Part shown: one piece after another, positions 46,701 through 57,089 of the stretch
Layout of the letters: each line of letters opens with the position of its first letter
Position numbering within the stretch: position 1 is the stretch's first letter
Assembly: GCA_043744615.1 (NCBI GenBank)
Contig: JAYTUJ010000030.1
Coordinates: 1,329-65,328, forward strand
Origin: a bacterium
GTDB taxonomy: Bacteria; Patescibacteriota; Minisyncoccia; Phycocordibacterales; CAIRYW01
Length of the DNA: 64,000 nucleotides
Direction of reading: 5' to 3'
Made by a program: the position numbers and the translations under genes
Notes under the pieces: generated by a model
Databases searched by the model: none
The model's input: the letters and a program-made list of their open reading frames with translations, nothing else
Told to the model about the DNA's origin: nothing

Positions 46701-47420
46701 ATGATAAAACAGCTAACTTTTTATATTAAATGTATTTCCGGCTTTTGTTTGCTGGGTATTTTAGCATTATATGCTTTTAATCAATATCAAAACTATCAAC
46801 TTAAAAACGATCCTTTTAAGGCACTTTTCTTTTTAAAACACGGCTCAGCATCTTTTTATATAGAAGATACTTTCAAAAATATATTTATATCTTTTTCAGA
46901 TTCAATACCAGATGAGGTTCGTGTTTTTATGCCTCTTTTTAAAAAACAAATTAATTCGTATGTTGTGTTTAAAACAGTGAACAAAAAATTAGATAATCTA
47001 GGATGTTTTAAACCACAAGAAATTACACAAAGACTTATTTCTTTTGATAAAACAGAATGTTTTTTTTCAGGGATATTTTCTCTGCGTTCAAAAGTGTATA
47101 AAGATCAGACATTGCAAACATATTTTAGTAAGGATTCTATCTTTTTTAAACAAAACAAAACATTGTACATATTTAATTATTTTCTTTTTAAAAAAGAAAA
47201 TGTTTCGATTGCTTTTTTACCATTAACTAATTCACAAATTAAAAAGAATGAAAATATTTTAATATCAAATAAAAAGTTATACGGCACCGCGTGTATTTTT
47301 ACAAAACAAAAACTTTTTATGTTTGATCCTTTAACACAAAGTTATAAACAAAAAATGGTTTCCGATGTTATCGGAAACCATCAATTTGTTGACCTTACAG
47401 ATATTTGTTTACTTAATTAA
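46701..47420 (+). CDS. Hypothetical membrane-anchored protein
   Basis: 239-aa ORF with an N-terminal TM helix. Its 3' end overlaps the convergent L28 gene by 12 nt. Confidence 0.45.
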   Translation: MIKQLTFYIKCISGFCLLGILALYAFNQYQNYQLKNDPFKALFFLKHGSASFYIEDTFKNIFISFSDSIPDEVRVFMPLFKKQINSYVVFKTVNKKLDNLGCFKPQEITQRLISFDKTECFFSGIFSLRSKVYKDQTLQTYFSKDSIFFKQNKTLYIFNYFLFKKENVSIAFLPLTNSQIKKNENILISNKKLYGTACIFTKQKLFMFDPLTQSYKQKMVSDVIGNHQFVDLTDICLLN

Positions 47421-47654
47421 ACCAGCTTTTTTGAGAGTTATGTAAGCGCCGTTTTTGTTGATAGTTTTGATTCCTCGTGCGGTAACTTCGATAGCAATTG
47501 ATTTTTTAAGTTCAGGAACATACACTCGCTTCTTTTGAAGGTTTGGGTATTTTCGTTTTGTTCCGGTAGGGTTAAACTGAGTTGCTCGAGTTCGGTTTGA
47601 GTAACCCCCCATTACAATTGATGTTTTTTTAGTGATTGGACAAACTTTAGCCAT
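47409..47654 (-). CDS. rpmB: 50S ribosomal protein L28
   Basis: MAKVCPITKK...NLQKKRVYVPEL is the L28 signature. The start is placed at the MAKV methionine inside the longer called ORF. Confidence 0.8.
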   Translation of the reverse strand: MAKVCPITKKTSIVMGGYSNRTRATQFNPTGTKRKYPNLQKKRVYVPELKKSIAIEVTARGIKTINKNGAYITLKKAGLIK

Positions 47655-47729
47655 ATAATTTACGAATCTATGTCGGCTCAATATACCATAGTGTTATTTT
47701 TTTGCAAATAACGGTATACTATTATTTAC

Positions 47730-48368
47730 ATGAACGACTTCGATATTGTAAAACTAGTCTTTGGAGTCGTAATCTTAATTATTTCTGTTGTTGCTCATGA
47801 AGTTGCTCACGGCCTTGCTGCTTATAAACTTGGTGATCCAACCGCAAAGCTTCTCAATAGACTTTCTATGAACCCAATACGTCATATTGACCCTATTGGC
47901 TCTATTATATTGCCAGCAGTTACCTATATGTCAGGAGGTTTTATTTTTGGATGGGCAAAACCAGTTCCATATAATCCTCAATTTTTTAAAAATCCTAAAT
48001 CAGGCGAAGGAATTGTAGCGTTTGCTGGCCCTCTAATGAATATCTCTATAGCTTTTATTACAGGTCTTTTTTTAAGATTTTCAGTGTTTATTAAACCTTT
48101 ATTGATCTATTTCAATATGCATCCAGCAGTTGTTGGTCTTTTAGGGATGATTATTATTACCAATCTTATGTTGGCATTGTTTAATTTAATGCCAATTCCT
48201 CCTTTAGACGGTTCAAAAATTCTTTTTTCTTTTTTACCTTCAGATAGCCGAATAAAACACTTTCTTTCTCAATACAGTCTTATAATTGGACTTGTTTTTA
48301 TATTTTTTGTATGGGATAAAATAGCTCCAGCAGCCTTTTTTATTACTCGTTTTTTGATTGGTTCATAG
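47730..48368 (+). CDS. M50-family (site-2-protease-like) membrane metalloprotease
   Basis: HEVAHGL HExxH motif in a TM helix. Downstream NLMPIPPLDG motif. Confidence 0.7.
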   Translation: MNDFDIVKLVFGVVILIISVVAHEVAHGLAAYKLGDPTAKLLNRLSMNPIRHIDPIGSIILPAVTYMSGGFIFGWAKPVPYNPQFFKNPKSGEGIVAFAGPLMNISIAFITGLFLRFSVFIKPLLIYFNMHPAVVGLLGMIIITNLMLALFNLMPIPPLDGSKILFSFLPSDSRIKHFLSQYSLIIGLVFIFFVWDKIAPAAFFITRFLIGS

Positions 48369-48425
48369 TTTTATCTTTTAAATACTTGCATTACACTATT
48401 TTGTATAGTAAAGTATGTGCCACAA

Positions 48426-48839
48426 ATGCCAACAATTAATCAGCTTACAAAAAGGAACCGAACAAAGACAAAACGAAAGTCAAAGTCGGTAGCTCTTACT
48501 CGAGGTTTTAACACAATTAAAAACCGACCAATCTTTTTTAATTCTCCTTTTAAACGAGGGGTTTGTACAAAAGTAACTACAAAAACACCTAAGAAACCTA
48601 ACTCAGCGGTTCGAAAGATTGCCCGAGTACGATTAACAAACGGTCTTGAAGTAACAGCGTATATTCCAGGAATCGGACACAACTTACAAGAACACTCTGT
48701 AGTAGTTGTACGAGGAGGACGAGTAAAAGACGTCGGACTTCGATACCAGGTTGTACGAGGTGTTCTCGACTCAACAGGAGTAGAAAAACGAGGTCAATCT
48801 CGAAGTCGATATGGAGCTAAACGGCCAAAAGCTAAGTAA
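48426..48839 (+). CDS. rpsL: 30S ribosomal protein S12
   Basis: MPTINQL...[10 protein letters not shown]...[10 protein letters not shown]. The called ORF begins 3 codons earlier, at 48417. Confidence 0.9.
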   Translation: MPTINQLTKRNRTKTKRKSKSVALTRGFNTIKNRPIFFNSPFKRGVCTKVTTKTPKKPNSAVRKIARVRLTNGLEVTAYIPGIGHNLQEHSVVVVRGGRVKDVGLRYQVVRGVLDSTGVEKRGQSRSRYGAKRPKAK

Positions 48840-48847
48840 TAAATTTT

Positions 48848-49318
48848 ATGCGAAGACCCTTAAAACGAAAACATACAGTAAAAGCTGATCCTGTATATGG
48901 TTCAGAAAAAGTTGAAAAGTTTATCAACTATGTTATGGAACGTGGAAAAAAGAACGCTGCTCGAAAGATCATCTACGGAGCTCTTGAAACAATAAAAGAA
49001 AAACTTAAAGTTGAAAATCCTATGGAAGTGTTTGATCTAGCTATCGTAAACACAAGTCCTATCATGGAAGTTCGATCACGACGAGTTGGGGGTGCTAACT
49101 ATCAAGTTCCTCGAGAAGTTCGACCAGAACGACGACTACAACTTTCTATGCGATGGATCAAAGACGCTGCAAGGTCAAAAAAGGGTCAACCAATGCACAT
49201 CAAAATTGCTGATGAAATTATCGCTGCTTCAAAAAATGAAGGCGAAGCTATTAAAAAGCGAGAAAACACTCACAAGATGGCAGAAGCCAACAAAGCATTT
49301 GCTCACTTCGCTTGGTAA
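48848..49318 (+). CDS. rpsG: 30S ribosomal protein S7
   Basis: S7 signature GKKNAARKI...RRVGGANYQVP. Confidence 0.9.
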   Translation: MRRPLKRKHTVKADPVYGSEKVEKFINYVMERGKKNAARKIIYGALETIKEKLKVENPMEVFDLAIVNTSPIMEVRSRRVGGANYQVPREVRPERRLQLSMRWIKDAARSKKGQPMHIKIADEIIAASKNEGEAIKKRENTHKMAEANKAFAHFAW

Positions 49319-49441
49319 TCTCACTAAACTAAAAATTAAACAGGTCGCAAGGCCTGTTTTTTTATTGCAAAGATACAAATTTAATGCTATTTTATCTGCA
49401 CGACCTAACTAAGTCGGCTTGTTTATTTATTATTATTTTTT

Positions 49442-51583
49442 ATGAATAGAGACTACCCCCTAGAACGAGTTCGAAACTTTGGAATTATCGCCCACATTGA
49501 TGCGGGTAAAACAACAACATCAGAACGAATCCTGTATTACACAGGTATGAGTCATAAAATTGGTGAAGTTCACAACGGTGAAGCAACAACAGACTGGATG
49601 GAACAAGAAAAAGAACGAGGTATTACAATTACCGCGGCCGCTATTACTTGTTTCTGGAACCCAACATACATGGGAGACGACAAGTCAATGATGCACCGAT
49701 TTAACATCATCGACACCCCTGGTCACGTAGACTTTACGGTAGAAGTAGAACGATCTCTTAAAGTTCTTGACGGAGGAGTTGTAGTTTTTGACGGAGTAGC
49801 TGGAGTAGAACCACAATCAGAAACTGTATGGCGACAAGCTGACAAATATAAAGTTCCTCGAATTTGTTTTATTAACAAGCTCGACCGAACAGGTGCTTCT
49901 TTTGACCGATCATTTAACTCTATTCTTGATCGACTCAACAAAAATGCAGTTCGAATGCAACTTCCAATTGGTCTTGAAGATCAACACGACGGAGTTGTAG
50001 ATTTGCTTACTCGAAAAGCATACAAATTCGAAGGAGACATGGGAAATAAAATCATCATGGAAGATGTTCCTGAAGATATGAAAGCAGATGTTGAAAAATA
50101 TCGAGCTATTTTGATCGAAAAAGTTGCTGAACACGATGAAGTTTTAATGAATATGTATCTTGAAGGAAACGAACCTTCAGTACCTGAACTCAAAAAAGTT
50201 ATTCGAAAGGCAGTTATTTCTAACTCATTGTTCCCAGTATTCGCGGGATCAGCTTTGAAAAACAAAGGAGTACAAATTGTACTTGATGCAGTAGTTGAAT
50301 ACCTTCCATGTCCACTTGATATTCCTCCAGTTCGAGGTCTTGATCCAGCAACAGGAGCAGAAATTTTCCGAAAACCTTCTGACACAGAGCCATTTGCTGC
50401 GCTCGCATTTAAATTGCAAACAGATCCTTTCGTAGGACAACTTACATTCTTCCGAGTATATTCTGGAACAGTTGAATCTGGTTCATATCTATATAACTCA
50501 ACAACTGGTAATAAAGAACGACTAGGACGAATCGTACGACTTCAAGCAAACAAGCGAGAAGAAGTTAAAAAAGTTTTTGCCGGAGAAATTGCAGCTGCGG
50601 TAGGATTAAAAGAAGCAAAAACTTCTCATACATTTTGTGATGAAGCACAACCAATCGTTCTTGATCCAATTAAATTTGCTGAACCAGTAGTATCTCTTCG
50701 AATTGAACCTAAAACAAAAGCTGACCAAGAAAAAATGGGTATGGCTCTTAAAAAACTTTCTGATGAAGATCCAACATTCCGAATTTCTTCAAACCAAGAA
50801 ACAGGAGAAACATTGGTTGCGGGTATGGGAGAACTTCATCTCGAAATTATGATCGACCGAATGAAACGAGAATTCGGCGTTGATGCAACTATCGGAAAGC
50901 CACAAGTAGCATACCGAGAAACTATTTTAGGAACTGCAGAAGCTGAACACAAATACATTAAACAATCCGGAGGTAAAGGTCAGTATGGTCACGTTAAAAT
51001 TACTCTTAAGCCAATGGAAAAATTGGAAGAAGGAGCAAAGATTCCTAAAAACGTTAAACGATACGACGACTTTGAATTTATCGACAGTATTAAAGGAGGG
51101 GTTATTCCAAACGAATTTATTCCTGCTGTTGAAAAAGGAGTTCACGAAGCGATGGATCGAGGTATCGTTGCTGGATTCAAAATGGTAAACGTTTCTTGTG
51201 AACTTACATTCGGTTCATATCACGATGTAGACTCTTCTGAAATTGCATACAAAATTGCAGGGTCACAAGCCTTCCAAGATGGTGCGAAACGAGCAAAAGC
51301 GGTTATTCTTGAGCCTATTATGAAGGTAGAGGTAGTTACTCCAGAAAAATTCATGGGAGACATTACAGGAAGTCTTTCATCAAAGCGAGCTCAAATTGAA
51401 GGAATTGAAGACCGAGGACTTTTGAAAGTTATTCGAGCAATGGTTCCACTTTCAGAAATGTTCGGATATGTAACTTCTCTTCGATCAATGACCGAAGGAC
51501 GAGGAAGTTCAACTATGGAATTTGATCACTACGAAGTGGTTCCTCCAAACGTTGAAAAAACTATTGTTGAAGCACGAAAATAA
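49442..51583 (+). CDS. fusA: Elongation factor G
   Basis: [16 protein letters not shown]-domain and full-length EF-G domain organisation. Confidence 0.95.
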   Translation: MNRDYPLERVRNFGIIAHIDAGKTTTSERILYYTGMSHKIGEVHNGEATTDWMEQEKERGITITAAAITCFWNPTYMGDDKSMMHRFNIIDTPGHVDFTVEVERSLKVLDGGVVVFDGVAGVEPQSETVWRQADKYKVPRICFINKLDRTGASFDRSFNSILDRLNKNAVRMQLPIGLEDQHDGVVDLLTRKAYKFEGDMGNKIIMEDVPEDMKADVEKYRAILIEKVAEHDEVLMNMYLEGNEPSVPELKKVIRKAVISNSLFPVFAGSALKNKGVQIVLDAVVEYLPCPLDIPPVRGLDPATGAEIFRKPSDTEPFAALAFKLQTDPFVGQLTFFRVYSGTVESGSYLYNSTTGNKERLGRIVRLQANKREEVKKVFAGEIAAAVGLKEAKTSHTFCDEAQPIVLDPIKFAEPVVSLRIEPKTKADQEKMGMALKKLSDEDPTFRISSNQETGETLVAGMGELHLEIMIDRMKREFGVDATIGKPQVAYRETILGTAEAEHKYIKQSGGKGQYGHVKITLKPMEKLEEGAKIPKNVKRYDDFEFIDSIKGGVIPNEFIPAVEKGVHEAMDRGIVAGFKMVNVSCELTFGSYHDVDSSEIAYKIAGSQAFQDGAKRAKAVILEPIMKVEVVTPEKFMGDITGSLSSKRAQIEGIEDRGLLKVIRAMVPLSEMFGYVTSLRSMTEGRGSSTMEFDHYEVVPPNVEKTIVEARK

Positions 51584-51613
51584 TCTAAAACTTCTAGATT
51601 AAAATCAAAAAAA

Positions 51614-51651
51614 GAACAGGCTCCACTAAAAAAGTGGAGCCTGTTTTTTTA
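51614..51651 (+). terminator. Rho-independent terminator after fusA
   Basis: ACAGGCTCCACT-AAAAA-AGTGGAGCCTGT followed by T7. Confidence 0.6.
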
Positions 51652-51687
51652 TATTAAGCCGTAAGACCCTTTAAAAAGCAAATAAAT

Positions 51688-51718
51688 TTGACACTTTAGC
51701 GATATTTGCTATTATATT
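51688..51718 (+). promoter_or_regulatory. Candidate sigma70-like promoter for the S19-L5 operon (TTGACA, 17 nt, ATTATA), followed by a short leader hairpin
   Basis: Consensus -35 TTGACA at 51688-51693. -10 at 51711-51716. Leader hairpin GCTCG-TTA-CGAGC plus TGTTTTAGTTT at ~51724-51748. Confidence 0.4.
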
Positions 51719-51755
51719 GCCTAACGCTCGTTACGAGCTGTTTTAGTTTAGTCTT

Positions 51756-52103
51756 ATGACACGATCACTTAAAAAAGGACCATATATTGAAGACCGACTC
51801 TTGAAAAAGATCGAAGGAAAAAAGCCACTTGACGTTGGTCCTATTAAAACATGGTACCGACGAAGCCAAATTTCTCCAGAAATGATTGGTTTTATTTTTG
51901 CGGTTTATAACGGAAAACAACACATCGAAGTTCTTATTAGTGAAGAAATGGTTGGTCATCGACTTGGTGAATTCTCTCCAACACGTAAATTCAACAAACA
52001 CGGAGGTAAGATGCAAAAAGAACTTGATACAGCTAAAAAAGAAGCTGAAATTAACGCTGCAAAATCAGCTAAAGCTCCTGCAGCAACTGGACCTAAAAAA
52101 TAA
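51756..52103 (+). CDS. rpsS: 30S ribosomal protein S19 with a Lys/Ala-rich C-terminal extension
   Basis: [17 protein letters not shown] ... [11 protein letters not shown]. ~23 extra C-terminal residues. Confidence 0.9.
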   Translation: MTRSLKKGPYIEDRLLKKIEGKKPLDVGPIKTWYRRSQISPEMIGFIFAVYNGKQHIEVLISEEMVGHRLGEFSPTRKFNKHGGKMQKELDTAKKEAEINAAKSAKAPAATGPKK

Positions 52104-52116
52104 TTAAATATCTATC

Positions 52117-52503
52117 ATGAAAGCATCACTTATAAATTACAGACAATCACCACGAAAAGTTCGACTTGTGGTTGACCTTGTTCGAGGAAAAACAGTAAGT
52201 GAAGCAATCTCCCTTCTTAAATTTACTGAAAAACGAGCTTCAGAAGTTATTTCTAAACTTATCTCTTCAGCTTTTGCAAATGCAAAAAATACTGGAGTAA
52301 ACTCTGATGCAACAGTACTTTTTATTAAAGAAATTTCAGTTGATAAAGGAATCACTCTTAAACGAATGATGCCACGAGCACGAGGATCATCAGCACCAAT
52401 CCGAAAACGATCAAGTCATGTTGAGCTTGTATTAGGTGTTAAAGAAGTAAAAGAAAAAGTAGTAAAAGCAAAAAAAACTAGCTCAACAAAAACTAAAAAA
52501 TAA
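52117..52503 (+). CDS. rplV: 50S ribosomal protein L22
   Basis: L22 signature PRKVRLVVDLVRGK. Lys-rich C-terminal tail. Confidence 0.9.
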   Translation: MKASLINYRQSPRKVRLVVDLVRGKTVSEAISLLKFTEKRASEVISKLISSAFANAKNTGVNSDATVLFIKEISVDKGITLKRMMPRARGSSAPIRKRSSHVELVLGVKEVKEKVVKAKKTSSTKTKK

Positions 52504-52506
52504 TTT

Positions 52507-53166
52507 ATGTCACATACAGTACATCCATATTCACATAGACTAGGAATCATTCGCGACTGGAAAAGTCGTTGGTTTGGAGTTGATGCTGATTATCGACAAA
52601 ATCTAAAGTGTGACATCATGCTTCGAGAATGGCTTCAAAAGAAAATGCGAGGTCAATATGTAAGTTCTGTTGAAATGGAACGAGATTCAAAAGCTCTTCG
52701 ACTTATCATCAAAACTTCACGACCTGGATTTATCATTGGACGAAGTGGAGACGGAATCACTAAGCTTCGAGCAGAAATCGAAAAGAAGATGAAGAAGCTT
52801 AATGTTTTCCGAAAAAACGAAGAACTAAAAATTGATGTTGAAGAAGTGAAGTCTCCGGAGTCGAATGCTTCTATTGTTGCACAAATGGTTTCAGAAGGTC
52901 TCGAAAAGCGAATGCCTTTTAGACGAATTCTAAAACAAACTGTTGAAAAAGTAAGTGCTAACAGAGACGTTCTTGGTGTTAAAATTTCTATGTCAGGCCG
53001 ACTAGGAGGAGCTGAAATGGCTCGACACGAAGTTCTTAAAAAAGGAAGAATTCCACTCCAGACATTTCGAGCAGACATTGACTATGCTCACTACGAAGCT
53101 TTACTTACCTATGGAAAAATAGGTATTAAAGTTTGGGTGTATAAGGGTGAAATTTTCAATAAATAA
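52507..53166 (+). CDS. rpsC: 30S ribosomal protein S3
   Basis: VHPYSHRLGIIRDWKSRWF N-terminus and a KH domain. Confidence 0.9.
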   Translation: MSHTVHPYSHRLGIIRDWKSRWFGVDADYRQNLKCDIMLREWLQKKMRGQYVSSVEMERDSKALRLIIKTSRPGFIIGRSGDGITKLRAEIEKKMKKLNVFRKNEELKIDVEEVKSPESNASIVAQMVSEGLEKRMPFRRILKQTVEKVSANRDVLGVKISMSGRLGGAEMARHEVLKKGRIPLQTFRADIDYAHYEALLTYGKIGIKVWVYKGEIFNK

Positions 53167-53180
53167 TTAATACTACTACC

Positions 53181-53603
53181 ATGTTTTTTCCAAAAAAAGT
53201 AAAATATCGAAAATGGCAAACATCACGACGAAATTCAAAACGTCCTCTTATTGCTACACGAGGAACTAAGCTTTCTTTTGGATTGGCTGGTCTTAAAGCT
53301 ACATCTGCATACCGACTTAAATCAAATCAAATCGAATCAGCTCGAAAAGTAATCAGTCGATCAATTGGTAAAACAGGAAAAGTTTGGATTCGAGTTTTTC
53401 CAGATCGACCGTACACACAAAAACCTCCTGAAGTAGCCATGGGTAAAGGAAAAGGAGATCCACAAGGATATTGTTTCCAAGTTGAATCAGGCCGAGTACT
53501 CTTTGAAGTCGACGGAGTAACTGTACAAATTGCAGAGCAAGCTCTTTTAAAAGCAGCTGCAAAATTGCCTTTGAGTACAAAAGTAATAACACGAGTTGCA
53601 TAA
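53181..53603 (+). CDS. rplP: 50S ribosomal protein L16
   Basis: PKKVKYRK...GLKA signature. Confidence 0.9.
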   Translation: MFFPKKVKYRKWQTSRRNSKRPLIATRGTKLSFGLAGLKATSAYRLKSNQIESARKVISRSIGKTGKVWIRVFPDRPYTQKPPEVAMGKGKGDPQGYCFQVESGRVLFEVDGVTVQIAEQALLKAAAKLPLSTKVITRVA

Positions 53604-53607
53604 ATAT

Positions 53608-53790
53608 ATGAAAGACTTACTTACAAAAGAAGTTTCTGAACTTAAAAAAATGATCGGAGAAAAAAAAGAAGAACTTCGAAAATTTCGATTCGGTGTTGTT
53701 AACGGAAAGACTAAGAACACAAAAGAAGCACACACAATCAAAAAAGATATTGCACGTGTTCTTACTGCAATTAATTCTAAAATGAAATAA
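53608..53790 (+). CDS. rpmC: 50S ribosomal protein L29
   Basis: MKDLLTKEVSELKKMIGEKKEELRKFRF. The start is placed at the MKDLL methionine. Confidence 0.8.
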   Translation: MKDLLTKEVSELKKMIGEKKEELRKFRFGVVNGKTKNTKEAHTIKKDIARVLTAINSKMK

Positions 53791-53791
53791 T

Positions 53792-54058
53792 ATGCCTACT
53801 AAAAAAACAGAAGTAAAAGAAAAAGTAGTTTCACGAAAAAAAGAACTCACAGGAGTTGTTGTTTCAGATAAGATGAAAGACACTATTGTGGTTGCAGTAG
53901 ATAACTACAAGAAACACGAAAAATATCAAAAATTCTTAAAACGAACAAAACGATTTAAGGCTGATGATAAAGGAAACACATGTAAAATTGGTGACAAAGT
54001 AACTATTCAAGAGTGTCGACCAATTTCAAAAGATAAGAAGTTTATCGTAATAAAGTAA
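53792..54058 (+). CDS. rpsQ: 30S ribosomal protein S17
   Basis: GVVVSDKMKDTIVV ... ECRPISKDKKF. Confidence 0.9.
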   Translation: MPTKKTEVKEKVVSRKKELTGVVVSDKMKDTIVVAVDNYKKHEKYQKFLKRTKRFKADDKGNTCKIGDKVTIQECRPISKDKKFIVIK

Positions 54059-54062
54059 TACC

Positions 54063-54443
54063 ATGATTCAAGAACGATCAATTGTAAAAATTGCAGATAA
54101 CTCAGGAGCCAAAGTTGGCCGAGTGTTCAAAGTACTTGGAAGTGCGGCTAAACGATATGCGTATCTTGGTCAGCTTGTAATTCTTTCAGTGCAAAAAGCT
54201 GAACCTCGAAAAGCAGTAAAAAAGAAAGACGTTCTTACTGCAATTGTTGTTCGATCAAAAAATGCACACCGACGAAAAGACGGTTCATATATTCGATTCG
54301 ATGAAAACGCTGTTGTTATTTTACAAAAAGCAGCGAAAGGAAAGTTAGAACCAATGGCTGGACGTATTTTTGGACCTATTCCACGTGAGATTGGTGAATT
54401 GGGATACCAAAAAATTGTTTCTCTTGCTCCAGAAATTGTGTAG
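54063..54443 (+). CDS. rplN: 50S ribosomal protein L14
   Basis: MIQERSIVKIADNSGAK. Confidence 0.9.
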   Translation: MIQERSIVKIADNSGAKVGRVFKVLGSAAKRYAYLGQLVILSVQKAEPRKAVKKKDVLTAIVVRSKNAHRRKDGSYIRFDENAVVILQKAAKGKLEPMAGRIFGPIPREIGELGYQKIVSLAPEIV

Positions 54444-54473
54444 TATTAGTCAATCTCGTAATTTTAAAAAACC

Positions 54474-54689
54474 ATGAGTATCAAAAAAGGCGACAAAGTA
54501 ATAGTGATTACCGGAGGAAACAAAGGTAAAAAAGGAAAAGTACAAACTGTTCTTCGACAAGAAGGAAAGGTTGTTATTGAAGGTGTTAATATGAAAAAGA
54601 AACACGTTAAAGCAACACGAAACAGTAAAGGAAGTGTTATCGAAAAAGCATTCCCGATTCATATTTCTAACGTTAAGATTGAAAAATAA
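54474..54689 (+). CDS. rplX: 50S ribosomal protein L24
   Basis: KKGDKVIVITGGNKGKKGKV (KOW motif). Confidence 0.9.
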   Translation: MSIKKGDKVIVITGGNKGKKGKVQTVLRQEGKVVIEGVNMKKKHVKATRNSKGSVIEKAFPIHISNVKIEK

Positions 54690-54690
54690 T

Positions 54691-55230
54691 ATGATGACAA
54701 TTAAAGAAAAAGTTCAAAAATCATTTGACGCGTTAAAGGGCGAATTTGGTTATAAAAATAAAATGGAAGCTCCACGACTTGTTAAAGTTGTGTTGAGTTC
54801 AGGTATTGGTTCTGTTAAAGATCCAAAACGAAAAGAGTTGATTGGTAAAAAATTAACTTTGATTGCCGGACAAAACGTGATAACACGAACAGCTAAAAAA
54901 TCTATCGCTACTTTTAAAGTTCGACAAGGTGATGCTTCAGGTTACCAAGTTACTCTTCGAGGACAACGAATGTATGATTTTCTTGATAAGTTGGTAAACA
55001 TTTCTCTTCCACGAACAAAAGACTTCCGAGGACTAAAACGAGAAGCAGTAGATGCAATGGGTAACTACACAATTGGTATTAAAGAAAATACTATTTTCCC
55101 AGAAACATCTGACGAAGATCTAAAAGATGTATTCGGTTTCTCAATCATCGTTGTTACCAGTAAGAACGACAAAAAAGAAACTCTCTCATTCTTAACTCAT
55201 CTAGGATTTCCGTTTAAGAAAGAGGCGTAA
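54691..55230 (+). CDS. rplE: 50S ribosomal protein L5
   Basis: L5 signature. The start is placed at the MMTIKEK methionine; the called ORF from 54634 overlaps L24 and is an upstream read-through artefact. Confidence 0.85.
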   Translation: MMTIKEKVQKSFDALKGEFGYKNKMEAPRLVKVVLSSGIGSVKDPKRKELIGKKLTLIAGQNVITRTAKKSIATFKVRQGDASGYQVTLRGQRMYDFLDKLVNISLPRTKDFRGLKREAVDAMGNYTIGIKENTIFPETSDEDLKDVFGFSIIVVTSKNDKKETLSFLTHLGFPFKKEA

Positions 55231-55249
55231 ATAAAAAATTTAAATAAAT

Positions 55250-55300
55250 AAAAAAGAAAACAAGGTCGACTCCAAAAAAGAGTCGACCTTGTTTGTTCCA
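55250..55300. terminator. Bidirectional terminator between rplE and the convergent MazG-like gene
   Basis: CAAGGTCGACTC-AAAAAAG-AGTCGACCTTG flanked by an A-run and a T-run. Confidence 0.6.
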
Positions 55301-55317
55301 GAACCTTTCTTTGGAGG

Positions 55318-55950
55318 TTAACGCTCATCACCTGTTTTGTCTTGAACTTTTCGCTCAATCCGGCTTGCTATTTTTGCCAGATTTTCTATTGCGACATATT
55401 CGAGAGTGGTTTCTAATGTAGAGCATGCATTAGAGATTAGCAAAAGTGTTTCGCTTAATCCTGCTAACAAAACCAGTTTGTCGGCAGGGGTAATTTTACC
55501 TTTCTCGTGCCAGCAAATCCTTTTAAATTTTCCAGTAACTATCGCAACTTTTCCGGCAAGTCGACCTAAAAGTTCGAGACGGCTAAGCTTTGGTTTTCTG
55601 ATACTTTTTTCGAAGTATTCTTTAAATGTAAGACAAGTCTTTCGTTTTGTTTTTTCTTCATGAATTCCAAGCAAAGCAATCTCCTCAAATGACGATCCAA
55701 GGAGTCGTGACAAAGAACAGGTATACCAAAGTATGTCGCCAAGTTCTTTGGTCAATAATTCTAAATCATGTTTACTAGGTGCTTTATTGTCTGAAATGAT
55801 TTGCACAAGTTTTTCGATAAACTCAAGTGTTTCATCGCTGAAACCAAGGATGTTAGCAATAAATGCTGCGAATAGTAGAGGGGTTCCTACAGGACAATCT
55901 GTTCGAGACGCCACTTTTTGATAGCGATTAAACGTCATATGCATACGCAT
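55318..55950 (-). CDS. MazG-like all-alpha nucleoside triphosphate pyrophosphohydrolase
   Basis: ELGDILWY motif and EExxE-type helices. Modest support. Confidence 0.5.
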   Translation of the reverse strand: MRMHMTFNRYQKVASRTDCPVGTPLLFAAFIANILGFSDETLEFIEKLVQIISDNKAPSKHDLELLTKELGDILWYTCSLSRLLGSSFEEIALLGIHEEKTKRKTCLTFKEYFEKSIRKPKLSRLELLGRLAGKVAIVTGKFKRICWHEKGKITPADKLVLLAGLSETLLLISNACSTLETTLEYVAIENLAKIASRIERKVQDKTGDER

Positions 55951-56080
55951 AATATTTCCTCCAAGTTATAGGTTGTGGTCAAAGAGCTATCATTCACCGT
56001 TGTTGGGAATAAAAGGTTTGACCGGTGTTAGCTAGTTATAGCACAGAAGATATTGTATGCAAATTAAAAAATCTTAAAAG

Positions 56081-56112
56081 TTAAAAGAGCATTTTCGTCA
56101 TGATACAATATT
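56081..56112 (+). promoter_or_regulatory. Candidate extended -10 promoter (TGATACAAT) for tatD
   Basis: TGnTACAAT at 56101-56109, ~10 nt before the tatD ATG. Weak -35. Confidence 0.3.
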
Positions 56113-56118
56113 GATTAT

Positions 56119-56937
56119 ATGAATTCAGATTCTCATTTTATCGACATTCACTGCCACACAAATATGGAGCAGTTTGATGCTGATTATAAAGAAGTAATAA
56201 AGCGGGCTCATGAAAAAGATGTGTGGATAATAAATGTGGGTGTGGATAAGTTAACTTCGCAAAAAGCTGTCGAAATTGCTGAACAATATGAAGAGGGAGT
56301 ATATGCAGTTATAGGACTTCATCCGACTGATAGCCCAGAAGATTTTGACTTAGAATTTTATAAAAGTCTTGCGAAGTCAAAAAAAGTTATAGCTATTGGT
56401 GAGTGTGGCCTAGACTTTTTTCACATCGATCCAAATAAAGAAGAGAACCAAGTGAACAATGGTTCACTTAAAAGACAAATTAAAATATTCGAACAACAAA
56501 TTGAGCTTGCTTTAGAGCTTGATCTTCCAATTATGATTCATTGTCGAGATGCTTACAAAGAGACATTAGAAGTCATTGACCGATATAAAGGACAAAATAA
56601 GTTTTTGGGCAAAAAGCTTCGAGGAGACGTTCACTTTTTTGCAGGCGATGTTGCCACAGCAAAAGCTTTTACTGATCGAGACTTTAGTTTGTCCTTTACA
56701 GGGGTGATTACCTTTACGCATGATTATGACGCAACTATCGAATCTGTTTCTGTCGATAATATTATGTCTGAAACAGATAGTCCTTTTGTTGCGCCAGTGC
56801 CGTATCGTAAAACTCGTAATGAACCCGCCTATGTTATTGAGGTCGTAAAACGACTGGCTGAACTCAAAAAAATGACCATTGAACAAGCCAAAGATACTAT
56901 ATTTAAAAACGCCTCAAATCTCTTTACTTTTAGATAA
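56119..56937 (+). CDS. tatD: TatD-family metal-dependent DNase/hydrolase
   Basis: IDIHCH N-terminal His cluster, GECGLD, and C-terminal DSPF metal ligands. Confidence 0.8.
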   Translation: MNSDSHFIDIHCHTNMEQFDADYKEVIKRAHEKDVWIINVGVDKLTSQKAVEIAEQYEEGVYAVIGLHPTDSPEDFDLEFYKSLAKSKKVIAIGECGLDFFHIDPNKEENQVNNGSLKRQIKIFEQQIELALELDLPIMIHCRDAYKETLEVIDRYKGQNKFLGKKLRGDVHFFAGDVATAKAFTDRDFSLSFTGVITFTHDYDATIESVSVDNIMSETDSPFVAPVPYRKTRNEPAYVIEVVKRLAELKKMTIEQAKDTIFKNASNLFTFR

Positions 56938-57089
56938 TTTCTGTTATATTACATGAACGCATTTGCGCTTTTTTAATTTATAAAAACGCATTGTTAATTA
57001 TCAGAACCGTCTTTTAGGTTACTTCTGAAGCCATAATAAGGGCTGGCAGAGGAAAAACTAGGGACAATTTAAAAATACTACATAATTAT

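Noticed and set aside
49723-51188. Multiple 60-134-aa ORFs antisense to or out of frame within fusA. Similar ones lie inside tuf, rplB, pilB and the VirB6-like gene.
   Set aside because: They sit inside well-supported, highly conserved genes. They have no independent start context and are typical frame-shadow ORFs.
54634-54690. The L5 ORF called from 54634, overlapping L24 by 56 nt
   Set aside because: This is an upstream in-frame extension. The conserved L5 N-terminus begins at the MMTIKEK methionine (54691), right after the L24 stop.
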